From positions 1 through 64,000 of the IMG/VR virus record IMGVR_UViG_3300005077_000002: a DNA stretch of 64,000 nt; one strand, 5' to 3'. The position numbers and the translations under genes are program-made. The first letter of the stretch is position 1. Each line of letters begins with the position of its first letter. The notes under the pieces were generated by a model. It was not told the origin of the DNA. It searched no databases and saw only the letters and a list, made by a program, of their open reading frames with translations. Positions 8,258 to 17,128 of the stretch are shown one piece after another. This stretch comes from a virus (Duplodnaviria; Heunggongvirae; Uroviricota; Caudoviricetes).

Positions 8258-10891
8258 ATGAGCGCCCCTTCTAACAAGCGAGATACAATGAGTTACCGCT
8301 CAATGTTATCTCATACCCTAAACGCAACAAACACCATGGAGGTAAATATGTTGCACAAAAGTAATGTAGCTATGAATGCTACAAAAGTCAACTCGGTTGA
8401 CGAGTTGTTCGGAAAGGTGTTCGGTAACCTTATGTTGCCGGATGTACAGGCGGAAACGGCAGAGCTTCTGTCCATTGAGCCTAAATACGCCACTATACGT
8501 CACATGATACTCACCATTAAAGTGACTGTAGTGAAGTCGGATGATCCGGCAATGGCAGGCGTTGTTAAGACCGAGATTGTTGGGTTAACACCCAACGAAG
8601 ATATGAAAGATCCAGTTGAAAAACGGATCTGTTTGTATCCTAAAGTCGGTGATGCTGAAGTCTTGTCCGTTACTGTCTTATTCGTCGGATCGGACGACGC
8701 ATCAAAACTGGCATTCGATGATAAATCGTTGGATGTCAAGTTCGGTGAATGGCTAAAGTCAATGGGATACGACCTGATGGGCGGTACATCATTGAATAAG
8801 GGAACGTTCTATCTCGTGAACTGGAAAAGTCACGGGATAAAATTGGCCCATGAGTCCATTGGTTATCTGTCTTTGTTGCTAACTGGCGCTGGATCATTCC
8901 GTGATGGTCAGCCGATGATGTTCGGCGACGGCAAAGAACAAGTGCGTGTTCTTGTCGTGACCAGGGATGAGTTGCGTAAGACAGGTTTGGCGGGCGATGG
9001 TGCTGGATTGGCATTCAGAACATTCGGCCAGCACAGGACACTGTTGAATGGCAAATCCGTAGCCAAGGGCATCTACATTGGCTATAATGATGCCATTAAC
9101 TTCGGTCTGCAGGTTCCGAAAGACTGGATGGATTATCATTTCGTCATTTGTGAAGATGACGTTAAGATAAATCCGGTGAAAGCCGGAATCTATACCGGAC
9201 ATGTTGTCATAACCCATGATAACGTATGGACCATACGTGGTCAAGAGGTTAAAGTGGGCTTTGAAGTGTTTCAGAACATTAAAGAGTCACAAGGTGTTTA
9301 TAGCCTTCTGACTTCAAGAGTTCTGAACGCATCACTGCCATCCTACGAGGAAATCGTGGCCCGCGGTGAAGCTGAAAGGATGCTGGAAGCAATAGCAGAC
9401 GGCACCATTGACGAGTATGAACCGTTGGTAGTGCGCTCGACTCTGATGGAAGCAGTGCTTTCACCGACGTTCGGTCCGCGCAATCCCTGGGTTGCTAATA
9501 AGCTTGAGAACTCCGTGGTTAATTACGTGTTCTCAAAGCCTATGGCAGGCACTGAGTTCAGGATAGTTGTTGTTGTGGATGATACTACCGCAAAGCGTAT
9601 TAATGCCATACGACTGGCAGATGATACACAACGCACCAGCGGTAAATTGTTCTTCAAATATCCGGTAGTAGCTGGGGTTGCGGTCGTCACCGGCAGAAAC
9701 CACTTTGGTCCATTCGTTGTCGTATCAGAGAGTTTGGCAGCAATGCTGAACACAGACTCTGATGGTGATGGCGCAGTGGTTTGGGCTGGTAATACAGTCG
9801 ATTACATTATCAACAATGATCTGGTAAAAGATCTCGTTGATCTGAAGATCGACAAAGCAAACCTGCAACGTCGTGACGACGCCATGGAGCCGGTTAATTT
9901 GGCCAAACAAGCCCTACACATCATGAACTCATCACGGATGATCGGATTCCTTACAAATCTGTATTACCGTGGTGCTGTTTCCAATGCAGTTGGACTGACT
10001 CAGTTGGATTTGAGTCCTATTTACGAGTCTATTGAACTCGTGATCAAGGGCGCCAAATACAAGACTGAAGAAGTGCTGAAGGCTACCATGGCCAGATTGT
10101 GGACAGATATTCCAGTAAAAGCTCTAAACGACATGATAAAGATGCCGTGGGGCAGAAGTGCCGTTGAGAAAATGCTGGCAGCATTTAATGAAGACGGAAA
10201 CATCGATATTCTATCCAGCAGAATAGACGATCCGATTCATTACATGGATGCTGTGTGGAACGCCACACTAGACAGATGTTCCATGGAAATCGGTAAGCTG
10301 CGCAGTAATGTGCTGCCACTGTCCGAGTTTGCCAACAGGATATCAAATCCAAGCAATCCGGAAGATGTGTCTACTGCTTATAAGGAATTGCATGGTATTC
10401 TGCTGGCCTGGAAAGAACTGCGGCCTGGTGGTATCATGGAAGGCAGAGCAGACGTGATGGCAAAGATTGCAGCAGCAGCTGGTCAGCATTTCTCATTGGA
10501 TGTCCGTCGTAAGATTACGAAGGATTATCTCGAGAAAACAGCCAGCAAGACTGGTGCATTCGCTATTCATCTTAACTTCGGTTCTATGACTGAATTAAGT
10601 GGTGGGCCGTCAGTGATGAAAGCTGCAGATTCCAGGTATAAACTCGTACGCGTATTCTGCTCAGGTGATGGTGCATTCGAAGTAACACCTGAAGTGTGCG
10701 ACGATATTAAACTGGATTCAGGTATGTTCTATCGTGGTAACACGATATTCAACTATGGATCAGGTTACTCTGAAGCCGATGTTGATGGCTACGAAGTCGA
10801 AGAGGTAGTGCCATATCTGACGTGGAACAAAGAGGCAAGAAAGATCACGTCCACACGTTCTGCCTGGATACTTCTGTCCAAGAGTAACTAA
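8258..10891 (+). CDS. Large protein (877 aa), candidate single-subunit two-barrel DNA-dependent RNA polymerase (YonO / crAss-like type)
   Basis: LNTDSDGDGAVVW resembles the universal beta-prime catalytic loop NADFDGD(Q)MAV (DxDGD); the size matches YonO-like enzymes; RBS AAGAGGGA; otherwise no recognisable motifs. Confidence 0.45.
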   Translation: MSAPSNKRDTMSYRSMLSHTLNATNTMEVNMLHKSNVAMNATKVNSVDELFGKVFGNLMLPDVQAETAELLSIEPKYATIRHMILTIKVTVVKSDDPAMAGVVKTEIVGLTPNEDMKDPVEKRICLYPKVGDAEVLSVTVLFVGSDDASKLAFDDKSLDVKFGEWLKSMGYDLMGGTSLNKGTFYLVNWKSHGIKLAHESIGYLSLLLTGAGSFRDGQPMMFGDGKEQVRVLVVTRDELRKTGLAGDGAGLAFRTFGQHRTLLNGKSVAKGIYIGYNDAINFGLQVPKDWMDYHFVICEDDVKINPVKAGIYTGHVVITHDNVWTIRGQEVKVGFEVFQNIKESQGVYSLLTSRVLNASLPSYEEIVARGEAERMLEAIADGTIDEYEPLVVRSTLMEAVLSPTFGPRNPWVANKLENSVVNYVFSKPMAGTEFRIVVVVDDTTAKRINAIRLADDTQRTSGKLFFKYPVVAGVAVVTGRNHFGPFVVVSESLAAMLNTDSDGDGAVVWAGNTVDYIINNDLVKDLVDLKIDKANLQRRDDAMEPVNLAKQALHIMNSSRMIGFLTNLYYRGAVSNAVGLTQLDLSPIYESIELVIKGAKYKTEEVLKATMARLWTDIPVKALNDMIKMPWGRSAVEKMLAAFNEDGNIDILSSRIDDPIHYMDAVWNATLDRCSMEIGKLRSNVLPLSEFANRISNPSNPEDVSTAYKELHGILLAWKELRPGGIMEGRADVMAKIAAAAGQHFSLDVRRKITKDYLEKTASKTGAFAIHLNFGSMTELSGGPSVMKAADSRYKLVRVFCSGDGAFEVTPEVCDDIKLDSGMFYRGNTIFNYGSGYSEADVDGYEVEEVVPYLTWNKEARKITSTRSAWILLSKSN

Positions 10892-10897
10892 TAAGAT

Positions 10898-10930
10898 AGC
10901 CCTGGCTTAAGCTGGGGCTCTTATTTATTC
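10898..10930 (+). terminator. Rho-independent terminator
   Basis: AGCCCTGG / CTGGGGCT stem with a 6-nt loop, then CTTATTTATT. Confidence 0.55.
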
Positions 10931-11290
10931 ATGGGGATCCATATGAACATCATCACTTGGTGCGAATTGCGTACTGAAGTTAATACGCGTGATATTCAGA
11001 CTATCAGACAGTCTGAGTGGAAAGCGTATGTCAATGCCGCAACAAACGCCATCCATGATTTTAACAGGGCATACACAGAAGGGAAGAGTGATTTCATCTA
11101 TATCACCGATCTGGGTATGCCTGTTATGCAGTTGAAATGCATTATAAGTGATGCATTCCGTTTACTGGATCAGGCAGAGGTAGACTGGAGTATGGACTTC
11201 AGGGCGTCGGCTTTGCAGAAAGTAGAGCTGGCCATAACTACTGTGCATGAAGCCTGGAAGCACGGTAATCGTGGATTAATAATCCACTAG
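10931..11290 (+). CDS. Hypothetical protein
   Basis: 119-aa ORF. Confidence 0.5.
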   Translation: MGIHMNIITWCELRTEVNTRDIQTIRQSEWKAYVNAATNAIHDFNRAYTEGKSDFIYITDLGMPVMQLKCIISDAFRLLDQAEVDWSMDFRASALQKVELAITTVHEAWKHGNRGLIIH

Positions 11291-11304
11291 AAAGGTACAC
11301 AACC

Positions 11305-11901
11305 ATGAAAAAGAACTTTTATGCAGTTAAGGTCGGAAGAAAGTCCAATGTTGTGGTCAGTACATGGACTGAATGTGAATCTCTAGTGACTGGATTTAAT
11401 GGAGCACAGTTCAAGGGATTTGCAACCTACGATGAAGCCATAGCTTATCTAAATGATTCAGTTCCATGTGCTATGGTCGGTGAATATGATGTCACTATAT
11501 ATGTGGATGGCTCATGCGGCGGTGGAAAGGTCTCATGGGCCTTTGTCGTCTACAGGGATAATACTAGGATATATGAAGACAGTGGACTGGTGTCTACTGA
11601 CAGATATCCTGATGTATTATCCATGAACAACGTAGCCGGCGAACTTGCCGCTGCTATGCGTGCTGTAAAGTGGGCGAGTGACAATAATATAAAGATAAGG
11701 TTAGTGTTCGATTATACTGGAATCCGCGAGTGGGCTATAGGATCATGGAAAGCCAAGAATGAGTACACTAAGGCTTATGTAGATTGGATGAGTAGTAGTA
11801 GCATGGATGTAGTTTCTGAATGGCTACACGTAAATGGGCACACAGGGGTGGAAGGTAACGAGTATGCTGATAAGTTATGCAAGGCAGCATTGAAAATGTA
11901 A
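11305..11901 (+). CDS. rnhA: RNase HI with an N-terminal RNA/DNA hybrid-binding domain (caulimovirus viroplasmin-like)
   Basis: N-terminus FYAVKVGRKSNVVVSTWTECESLVTGFNGAQFKGFATYDEAIAY matches the hybrid-binding domain; catalytic motifs DGSC, AELAA (Glu), FDYTG (Asp) and HVNGHTGVEGNEYADKL (His/Asp). Confidence 0.8.
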   Translation: MKKNFYAVKVGRKSNVVVSTWTECESLVTGFNGAQFKGFATYDEAIAYLNDSVPCAMVGEYDVTIYVDGSCGGGKVSWAFVVYRDNTRIYEDSGLVSTDRYPDVLSMNNVAGELAAAMRAVKWASDNNIKIRLVFDYTGIREWAIGSWKAKNEYTKAYVDWMSSSSMDVVSEWLHVNGHTGVEGNEYADKLCKAALKM

Positions 11902-11904
11902 TAA

Positions 11905-12000
11905 TCCTCCCTTCGGTCGGCTGCCTCCTCCGTCGGCAGCGCTCCTCGTCCCTCGTCGCTGCCGGTCGCTCCGCTCGCCTTCGGCGCCGGCACTATGGCG
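11905..12000. other. GC-rich hairpin cluster immediately after rnhA
   Basis: GCTGCC-N9-GGCAGC and CCTTCGG-type stem-loops; unlikely to be coding (the Arg-rich ORF 11877-12344 looks spurious). Confidence 0.4.
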
Positions 12001-12059
12001 CGACATGTATAAAAATAAACAAAAACAAAAAGCCGGTAGCCCCGGCAAGGAGAAAAAAG

Positions 12060-12344
12060 ATGGAAAGACGCCATCGCATAAGAAAGAACGAACAGATTAC
12101 TATAACCTCATTACTTAACGACAGTCTATTAAGAACTGTCGTAACGACGGTCTATAATAAGCTGATAAATCGGGATGGTCACAGCGACCAGCCCGAGTTT
12201 AGTCAATTTTTAAGGGGAATATGCCCCGTGCCGGTAATATTTGCCGGTAACGGGGGGTACAAGGTAACGGGCGTGGTGCTCGTGCACCCGTCCCCAAGTA
12301 AAAAAGCACATATAACATGTGGGAATCAAGAGTTTTATTTTTGA
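12060..12344 (+). CDS. Possible small protein (95 aa)
   Basis: AAGGAG RBS 8 nt before the ATG at 12060. Confidence 0.35.
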   Translation: MERRHRIRKNEQITITSLLNDSLLRTVVTTVYNKLINRDGHSDQPEFSQFLRGICPVPVIFAGNGGYKVTGVVLVHPSPSKKAHITCGNQEFYF

Positions 12345-12379
12345 TTCTCATACACGCCCTGTGCCCGGGGCGTTAAACA

Positions 12380-12560
12380 ATGGGCTTTCAAGCTACAAGG
12401 TAAGCCGGTGCGAAAACCTAGGTCGGCACCTACGAAAGTAGGTCAAAGTAGAGGTATCGGGATATGAGCCCGGCAAGGTGCCCGGACGCGTATGGTTACA
12501 TACGAGTTGTGGATAGGCACGTAAATACGGGCTTCCTGTCTGGCTCATATCGATCATGGT
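12380..12560 (+). ncRNA. Structured non-coding candidate with a 10-bp long-range helix, a GAAA tetraloop hairpin and a CCGG hairpin
   Basis: GATATGAGCC (12460-12469) pairs with GGCTCATATC (12541-12550); hairpin CCTAC-GAAA-GTAGG; no convincing ORF. Confidence 0.3.
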
Positions 12561-12688
12561 AGCCATTTGTGTTAGTACCCCGCTATTCAAGGGGATTGTG
12601 GCTATTGTTGCCATGATCGGCGGCGCATTATGTGGTAGAGCGCCGGGCATAATGCTAAAGGTTCTACCCAGGACAGAAAGGGATCAGA

Positions 12689-12994
12689 TTGAACTATATC
12701 AATCTGACTCCTCATACTATCGTGCTCAACGATGGGCGCGAATTCCAGCCGTCTGGAATTATTGCACGTGTAAGCGTGCAGTTCGGGCCTATCGTGAACG
12801 ATGTTAGTGTGCAGTCCTATGGGAACGTGGTAGATCTACCAGAACCCAAGGACGACACGTGCTACATCGTTAGTGGCATAGTACTCGCTGCTTGCGGCGG
12901 TCGAGTAGACGTTGTAGCTCCGGCTACAGGTCACAAAGACTGCGTGCGCAACGAGAAAGGACACATTGTGTCCGTACCGTGTTTCACACGATAG
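12689..12994 (+). CDS. Hypothetical protein
   Basis: 101-aa ORF with a TTG start preceded by AAAGGGA. Confidence 0.4.
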   Translation: MNYINLTPHTIVLNDGREFQPSGIIARVSVQFGPIVNDVSVQSYGNVVDLPEPKDDTCYIVSGIVLAACGGRVDVVAPATGHKDCVRNEKGHIVSVPCFTR

Positions 12995-13220
12995 TGTGCA
13001 CAGAGTCCAAAGCCATGGATCACAGGGGCTGCAACGATCCATGGGCTGACGGCCCCATTAGCGGTGCAGGATTCAAAGTTTACCTTTAAAGGGTATATTT
13101 TGAAATCATAATCTGCTGCAACCCTGACGGCTATGAATTATCTAGCCGAGTATGCTCGTCAGGGCAACTTAATATTTGTGCGGCCGGCATACCCGCACAC
13201 CCTGAGATATGGATCTCTGG

Positions 13221-13239
13221 GCGAGTGCATAAATATACA
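13221..13239 (+). promoter_or_regulatory. Promoter/operator motif GCGAGTGCATAAATATACA embedded in the long palindrome CCCTGAG...GAGTGCA-N13-TGCACTC...CTCAGGG
   Basis: Identical 19-mer to the copy at 6303-6321; flanking inverted repeats GAGTGCA/TGCACTC and CCCTGAG/CTCAGGG (13200-13262). Confidence 0.55.
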
Positions 13240-13540
13240 TTGTGCACTCACTCAGGGATCTTTGTTGGTGTATCCCGTGGGGGACTGCGCGTGTGTCCAT
13301 GCCTGACTACCATGGATGTGCGGCGCATAGTGGATCTAGTCCATCCGCAAGTGTCAGGTCCGAGTCCTGCTATGCACCAATATTCCTGCTGGCCAGTTGG
13401 GCAGTAAAAGCCTGGCTGGCCTTTATATTTCCTAAAAGAGGGACAGAGGGGAAAGATTTACCTCCTTGGCTCCTTTGCCTCTCTTTTAGGGTGCTCATGC
13501 GTGAGCACTAATCAGTATTAACCAAAGATAGGAGTGACCG

Positions 13541-13930
13541 TTGAAAAAGAAAACCTTCAAGGTTACCGGAACTGACGAATCCGGTAATCCTGTGAATACG
13601 ATTGTACCGGCGAAAGACCGCGCCGGTGTCATACGTCCAATGGCGAAATGCGGAGATCTCGTTGATGATGTGCTGGTCAGCACCATTGAGCAGTTATTGT
13701 TGGATTACTGTGAAGACGATAAAGCCGTCAGAATCAGAATCAAAAAGGATAAATATGATTATTATCATGTGGCCGCTGACATGGCAAAACCAATGAAAAT
13801 GAACCCTATGACAGTGGCAAAATACATAGTAGGGTCATTGGAACGCGCCGGGTTCAGCGTGGCCATGGACAGACCAAGTCATCCATGGGCCTTCAGATTA
13901 AGACTCGGTGACTGGGAACAACAACAATAG
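13541..13930 (+). CDS. Hypothetical protein
   Basis: 129 aa; AGGAG RBS before a TTG start. Confidence 0.55.
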   Translation: MKKKTFKVTGTDESGNPVNTIVPAKDRAGVIRPMAKCGDLVDDVLVSTIEQLLLDYCEDDKAVRIRIKKDKYDYYHVAADMAKPMKMNPMTVAKYIVGSLERAGFSVAMDRPSHPWAFRLRLGDWEQQQ

Positions 13931-14145
13931 AAGGGACCAAATGGAAACATTTCCTGTTATCTATTTGCTTGCGTTGATAGCCATCGTCGGTGATGGTTAT
14001 CGTCGTTCAACCGCAAAAACAGAATAGGGCCGCGTGGCCCTTTCCAACCAGGTCTCCGGACTACCGTGGTTACACGGCAGTTGCGAATAGCCGCGTAACT
14101 CGGGGACTTCGTTGGGAACCCATAACACATAGAAAAGGAGGGCAT

Positions 14146-14298
14146 ATGCCTGAAGATACCGAGGATATCATCACCACAGATATCCGGAATGCCGTAACAT
14201 GGCAATACCCACAAATGTTCGTGAACGTAATGCCGAAGGGGGGTGATTTGGTACAAATCGGCCCGTGGACACGTGATCGGTTCGAGAAGGAGGACTAA
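14146..14298 (+). CDS. Small protein (50 aa)
   Basis: AAGGAGG RBS 4 nt before the ATG at 14146 (the track ORF is longer, starting at 13990). Confidence 0.5.
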   Translation: MPEDTEDIITTDIRNAVTWQYPQMFVNVMPKGGDLVQIGPWTRDRFEKED

Positions 14299-14299
14299 C

Positions 14300-14449
14300 A
14301 TGGACATTGGTTCTGGTCGCGGATGGCCCGAAAGCGCACTGTCAAACTTCGCGATACATCCGTTTGCATTGGATGGAATACTGGTGTTAACACAGTCGGA
14401 ATTTGTGTCCAGATTGCATAAGCTGAGAAATGAGGCTGACAATGTATGA
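14300..14449 (+). CDS. Small protein (49 aa)
   Basis: AAGGAGG RBS before the ATG at 14300; overlaps the previous stop (coupled translation). Confidence 0.5.
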   Translation: MDIGSGRGWPESALSNFAIHPFALDGILVLTQSEFVSRLHKLRNEADNV

Positions 14450-14632
14450 GGCCCTATTCATGGGTCTCTTACTGCTGGGATACTGGATCTCAGCTAAGTC
14501 AGACGACCTCCCAGAATAGTTAAATATTCTGGCCGCCGCTCCGCTATCCAGGCCATCAGGCGAAATGTGTGAGCCGCGGTTTGAATATTTAAAATCCCCA
14601 ATAAGCCTACTTAAAGCTTGCCGGCACTGGCG

Positions 14633-14654
14633 GGTGTGTATAAATATGCACTCG
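14633..14654 (+). promoter_or_regulatory. Promoter/operator motif GGTGTGTATAAATATGCACTCG
   Basis: Shares the TGYATAAATATGCA core and the TGCACTC arm with the other copies; about 60 bp upstream of the gene at 14715. Confidence 0.5.
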
Positions 14655-14714
14655 TCCTACCCTGCCACTGGGGAATAACTAATAAATATACATAACAGAG
14701 GAGAAGAAAATTAC

Positions 14715-14909
14715 ATGGGAATATCCCATAGAGAACAAGAAATCCTTGACCGCTATTCGGTTGAGGCGGAAGGACTCAGTCCATCCGTATTGAACAGAAT
14801 CATGCACCAGGGAGCGGCGTACCCAGTGTGCAAACATGGCAGCAAAAAGAAGTCCCGCCGCGAAAAGACACGCAAACCCCAGCGTGGGGGAAAACGTGGA
14901 TGCTATTAA
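14715..14909 (+). CDS. Small basic protein
   Basis: GAGGAG RBS; 64 aa with a Lys/Arg-rich C-terminus. Confidence 0.5.
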   Translation: MGISHREQEILDRYSVEAEGLSPSVLNRIMHQGAAYPVCKHGSKKKSRREKTRKPQRGGKRGCY

Positions 14910-15090
14910 AAATCAAAATAAAGCTCAAGGCAAAGTACGTGATAAAAGTACCCGGAATGACAGATTCATCCGCGTCATCCGGTACACCACAAACAATTGC
15001 CCGTTAGAGCTGGGCGATATGGACAACGCAGGATTAGCACGCGCCTGCGAGCATTGTCCTAAGTTAAATGCGTGTGAAAAACTCAATTGA
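14836..15090 (+). CDS. Possible small protein that overlaps the previous ORF in another frame
   Basis: 84-aa ORF containing CxxC/HC motifs; uncertain. Confidence 0.3.
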   Translation: MAAKRSPAAKRHANPSVGENVDAIKNQNKAQGKVRDKSTRNDRFIRVIRYTTNNCPLELGDMDNAGLARACEHCPKLNACEKLN

Positions 15091-15101
15091 AGGAGGTGCT
15101 C

Positions 15102-15332
15102 ATGCACAAAGTCGAAATAGGCAACTTTGTGATATGGCATTCTGGCAGGTTTGTATCCGTGGCTAATACGATAGATGGCCTGCACAGAAAGGCCGTAGCG
15201 GACATTTCCGATAGTCTTATATCAAACTACGGTATAAGACTAAGGAATGGTAAGGCCAGACTCACCGCATTCTCAGAAGTAGCAAAAAACAGGATACAGA
15301 GCTTAATCAACCACGCTCTGACAACCAAATGA
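15102..15332 (+). CDS. Small protein (76 aa)
   Basis: GAAGGAGG RBS before the ATG at 15102. Confidence 0.55.
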   Translation: MHKVEIGNFVIWHSGRFVSVANTIDGLHRKAVADISDSLISNYGIRLRNGKARLTAFSEVAKNRIQSLINHALTTK

Positions 15333-15538
15333 AGAAAGCCGCAATAATAGCAGCACGCCTATCCAGCAAGATTAAAGATGCCCCCTGCACGGTATTCATG
15401 TGCGGTGGCGGATCCAGCAAAACACCGGCAAAAGTGCTGCGCTCGTCAACACCACAGGCGAGCAGAGAAACCCTGGCCATCATGGCTGAAGAAGCCAGAC
15501 GAGGTCGGTGGAGGCCCCCGGAAGGAAGAAAGAGATAA
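15329..15538 (+). CDS. Small basic protein
   Basis: ATGA start/stop overlap with the previous gene. Confidence 0.35.
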   Translation: MKKAAIIAARLSSKIKDAPCTVFMCGGGSSKTPAKVLRSSTPQASRETLAIMAEEARRGRWRPPEGRKR

Positions 15539-15684
15539 GTCCAATGTGGCATAAACGCCACAAAGAACATCATCAATCTACAGAAGGGAGTAAAATTAAT
15601 GATTACATTGTCCACAGTAGGTATAATAATTGGCACGGCATTAATGTTGTGCCTCACCACATCACCACGAAGAAGGAGGATCAA

Positions 15685-16041
15685 ATGAAAACAAAATCCA
15701 CCACCACCGCACACAAAGTACGCAAGGCCCACAAGGCCAGCATACTGCTCAGCAACAACAGAGTGTTAAAGGACCTAGCCAGGGAGAACTGGCTGCGTAA
15801 GCAACAGGACTACTTGAACATGCACCTGACCGGTATGGCTCAGGGCGCTGATACCGTAGCAAAATGGTTCTCAAAGGACCAGCGCGGATTGAAGCAAGTC
15901 GTCAAGGCTCTGTGGCCAATCCTGAAGCACGATGCGCGCCTGCTGGGCAAAGTAACCCAGGAACAGTTATATAAAATCAACACCTTTGTTGCATACCGGC
16001 ATAGCATCGCCGATGCAGCGAAGGAATATATTAACAATTAA
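15685..16041 (+). CDS. Basic protein (118 aa)
   Basis: GAAGGAGG RBS 5 nt before the ATG at 15685 (track ORF from 15508). Confidence 0.55.
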   Translation: MKTKSTTTAHKVRKAHKASILLSNNRVLKDLARENWLRKQQDYLNMHLTGMAQGADTVAKWFSKDQRGLKQVVKALWPILKHDARLLGKVTQEQLYKINTFVAYRHSIADAAKEYINN

Positions 16042-16053
16042 ATCGGAGGAATC

Positions 16054-16479
16054 ATGTCAGAGAACATCACCACCACACCCACACCTGCACCGCAGAGGAA
16101 AAAGCGTCAGACCACACGTGACGCAGTCAGTCGTAAGAACGTAGAACCCCGTGACAATGTAAATAATATTCTAAAAGCGATGAACTCCATCGGATCAGAA
16201 TTCAAACAAATGGTAAAACCTTCGCCGCAAAGCGACGAAGCCCTAAAGCGTAAACTGGATAAGATCAGGGCCTCCGTGGCCCGTGGAGTTACTGTGCAGG
16301 ATAAACAGAGAGAGGAAATCAGTCTCCTGTCAAAGTTCGAACGTGGTAAAACCGTAGCATCAGTTGGCCGGTCCATTCATGGATTATTTACATCAGGCGC
16401 TGACCTGATGAAAGACTTCGCTGAAGGACTTAAGGGAAAACCATCCCGAGCGGAACAAAAACTGATGCAGAATAAATAG
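16054..16479 (+). CDS. Hypothetical protein
   Basis: GGAGG RBS; 141 aa. Confidence 0.6.
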   Translation: MSENITTTPTPAPQRKKRQTTRDAVSRKNVEPRDNVNNILKAMNSIGSEFKQMVKPSPQSDEALKRKLDKIRASVARGVTVQDKQREEISLLSKFERGKTVASVGRSIHGLFTSGADLMKDFAEGLKGKPSRAEQKLMQNK

Positions 16480-16504
16480 CGAGCCTATCCCTCGCTGATA
16501 TAGG

Positions 16505-16535
16505 GTCGGGGTTAACGCCCCGACTCTTTATGTCT
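16505..16535 (+). terminator. Rho-independent terminator
   Basis: GTCGGGG-TTAACG-CCCCGAC hairpin followed by TCTTTATGTCT. Confidence 0.6.
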
Positions 16536-16645
16536 AAACAGCTCTTTAAAGGGATATGAGAGCAAACAACTTATCCGCTAATGGTGGATGTGCGGATTAA
16601 GAATAACTAGTAACCACCAACAATAAAACAGGAGGAAGACACCCT

Positions 16646-17128
16646 ATGATGTCAATGATGAGACTGACCGTGATGGGTCGACTTGGCGGGGATGCTGAAG
16701 TAACGACACTCAGCTCCGGCAAGGAAAAAGCCACAATGAGTGTAGCGATTGACAAAAGCTACAAGAAAGGTGATGAAAAGATCGAGCGTACGGAATGGGT
16801 ACGCATTACGATCTGGGATCCGTCGGACTACTTAAAGGAAAACCTGGCAAAGGGAGCCATGGTTTATGTAGAAGCCGAGCAGCGTACTTCCAAGAAGGAA
16901 GAGGACGGCAAGAATCGGTATTTCTACAATTGGGAGTCCTATCCCAATAACGTCATGGTACTCAAAAACGGTAATGGCGTCGCCAAAGCAGCCGCTGCAA
17001 CAACCGATGAGTATGACGAAGACCTGGCCGAGGATAATCCGGACGAAGAACCGCCGCCGTCGTCATCCACGAAGAAACCCACGTCAAAACCGCCTGCAGG
17101 GGGTAAGGACAAGAAATTACCCTTTTAG
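16646..17128 (+). CDS. ssb: Single-stranded DNA-binding protein
   Basis: OB-fold pattern (RLTVMGRLGGDAEV...TEWVRITIW...LAKGAMVYVEA...YFYNWE), Gly/Pro-rich linker, and a C-terminal acidic/aromatic tail ending LPF. Confidence 0.8.
   Translation: MMSMMRLTVMGRLGGDAEVTTLSSGKEKATMSVAIDKSYKKGDEKIERTEWVRITIWDPSDYLKENLAKGAMVYVEAEQRTSKKEEDGKNRYFYNWESYPNNVMVLKNGNGVAKAAAATTDEYDEDLAEDNPDEEPPPSSSTKKPTSKPPAGGKDKKLPF

Noticed and set aside
8311-10203. Series of 60-116-aa minus-strand ORFs inside the 877-aa gene, and similar antisense ORFs inside other large + strand genes (for example 23463-23651, 54553-54756, 60158-60487)
   Set aside because: They are fully embedded antisense to long, motif-supported genes; there is no RBS or independent support
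11877-12344. 155-aa Arg-rich ORF (RRQRSSSLVAAGRSARLRRRH...)
   Set aside because: Its first half overlaps the GC-rich hairpin cluster and has the composition of a GC-frame artefact; only the 3' part from the ATG at 12060 with an AAGGAG RBS is kept as a low-confidence CDS
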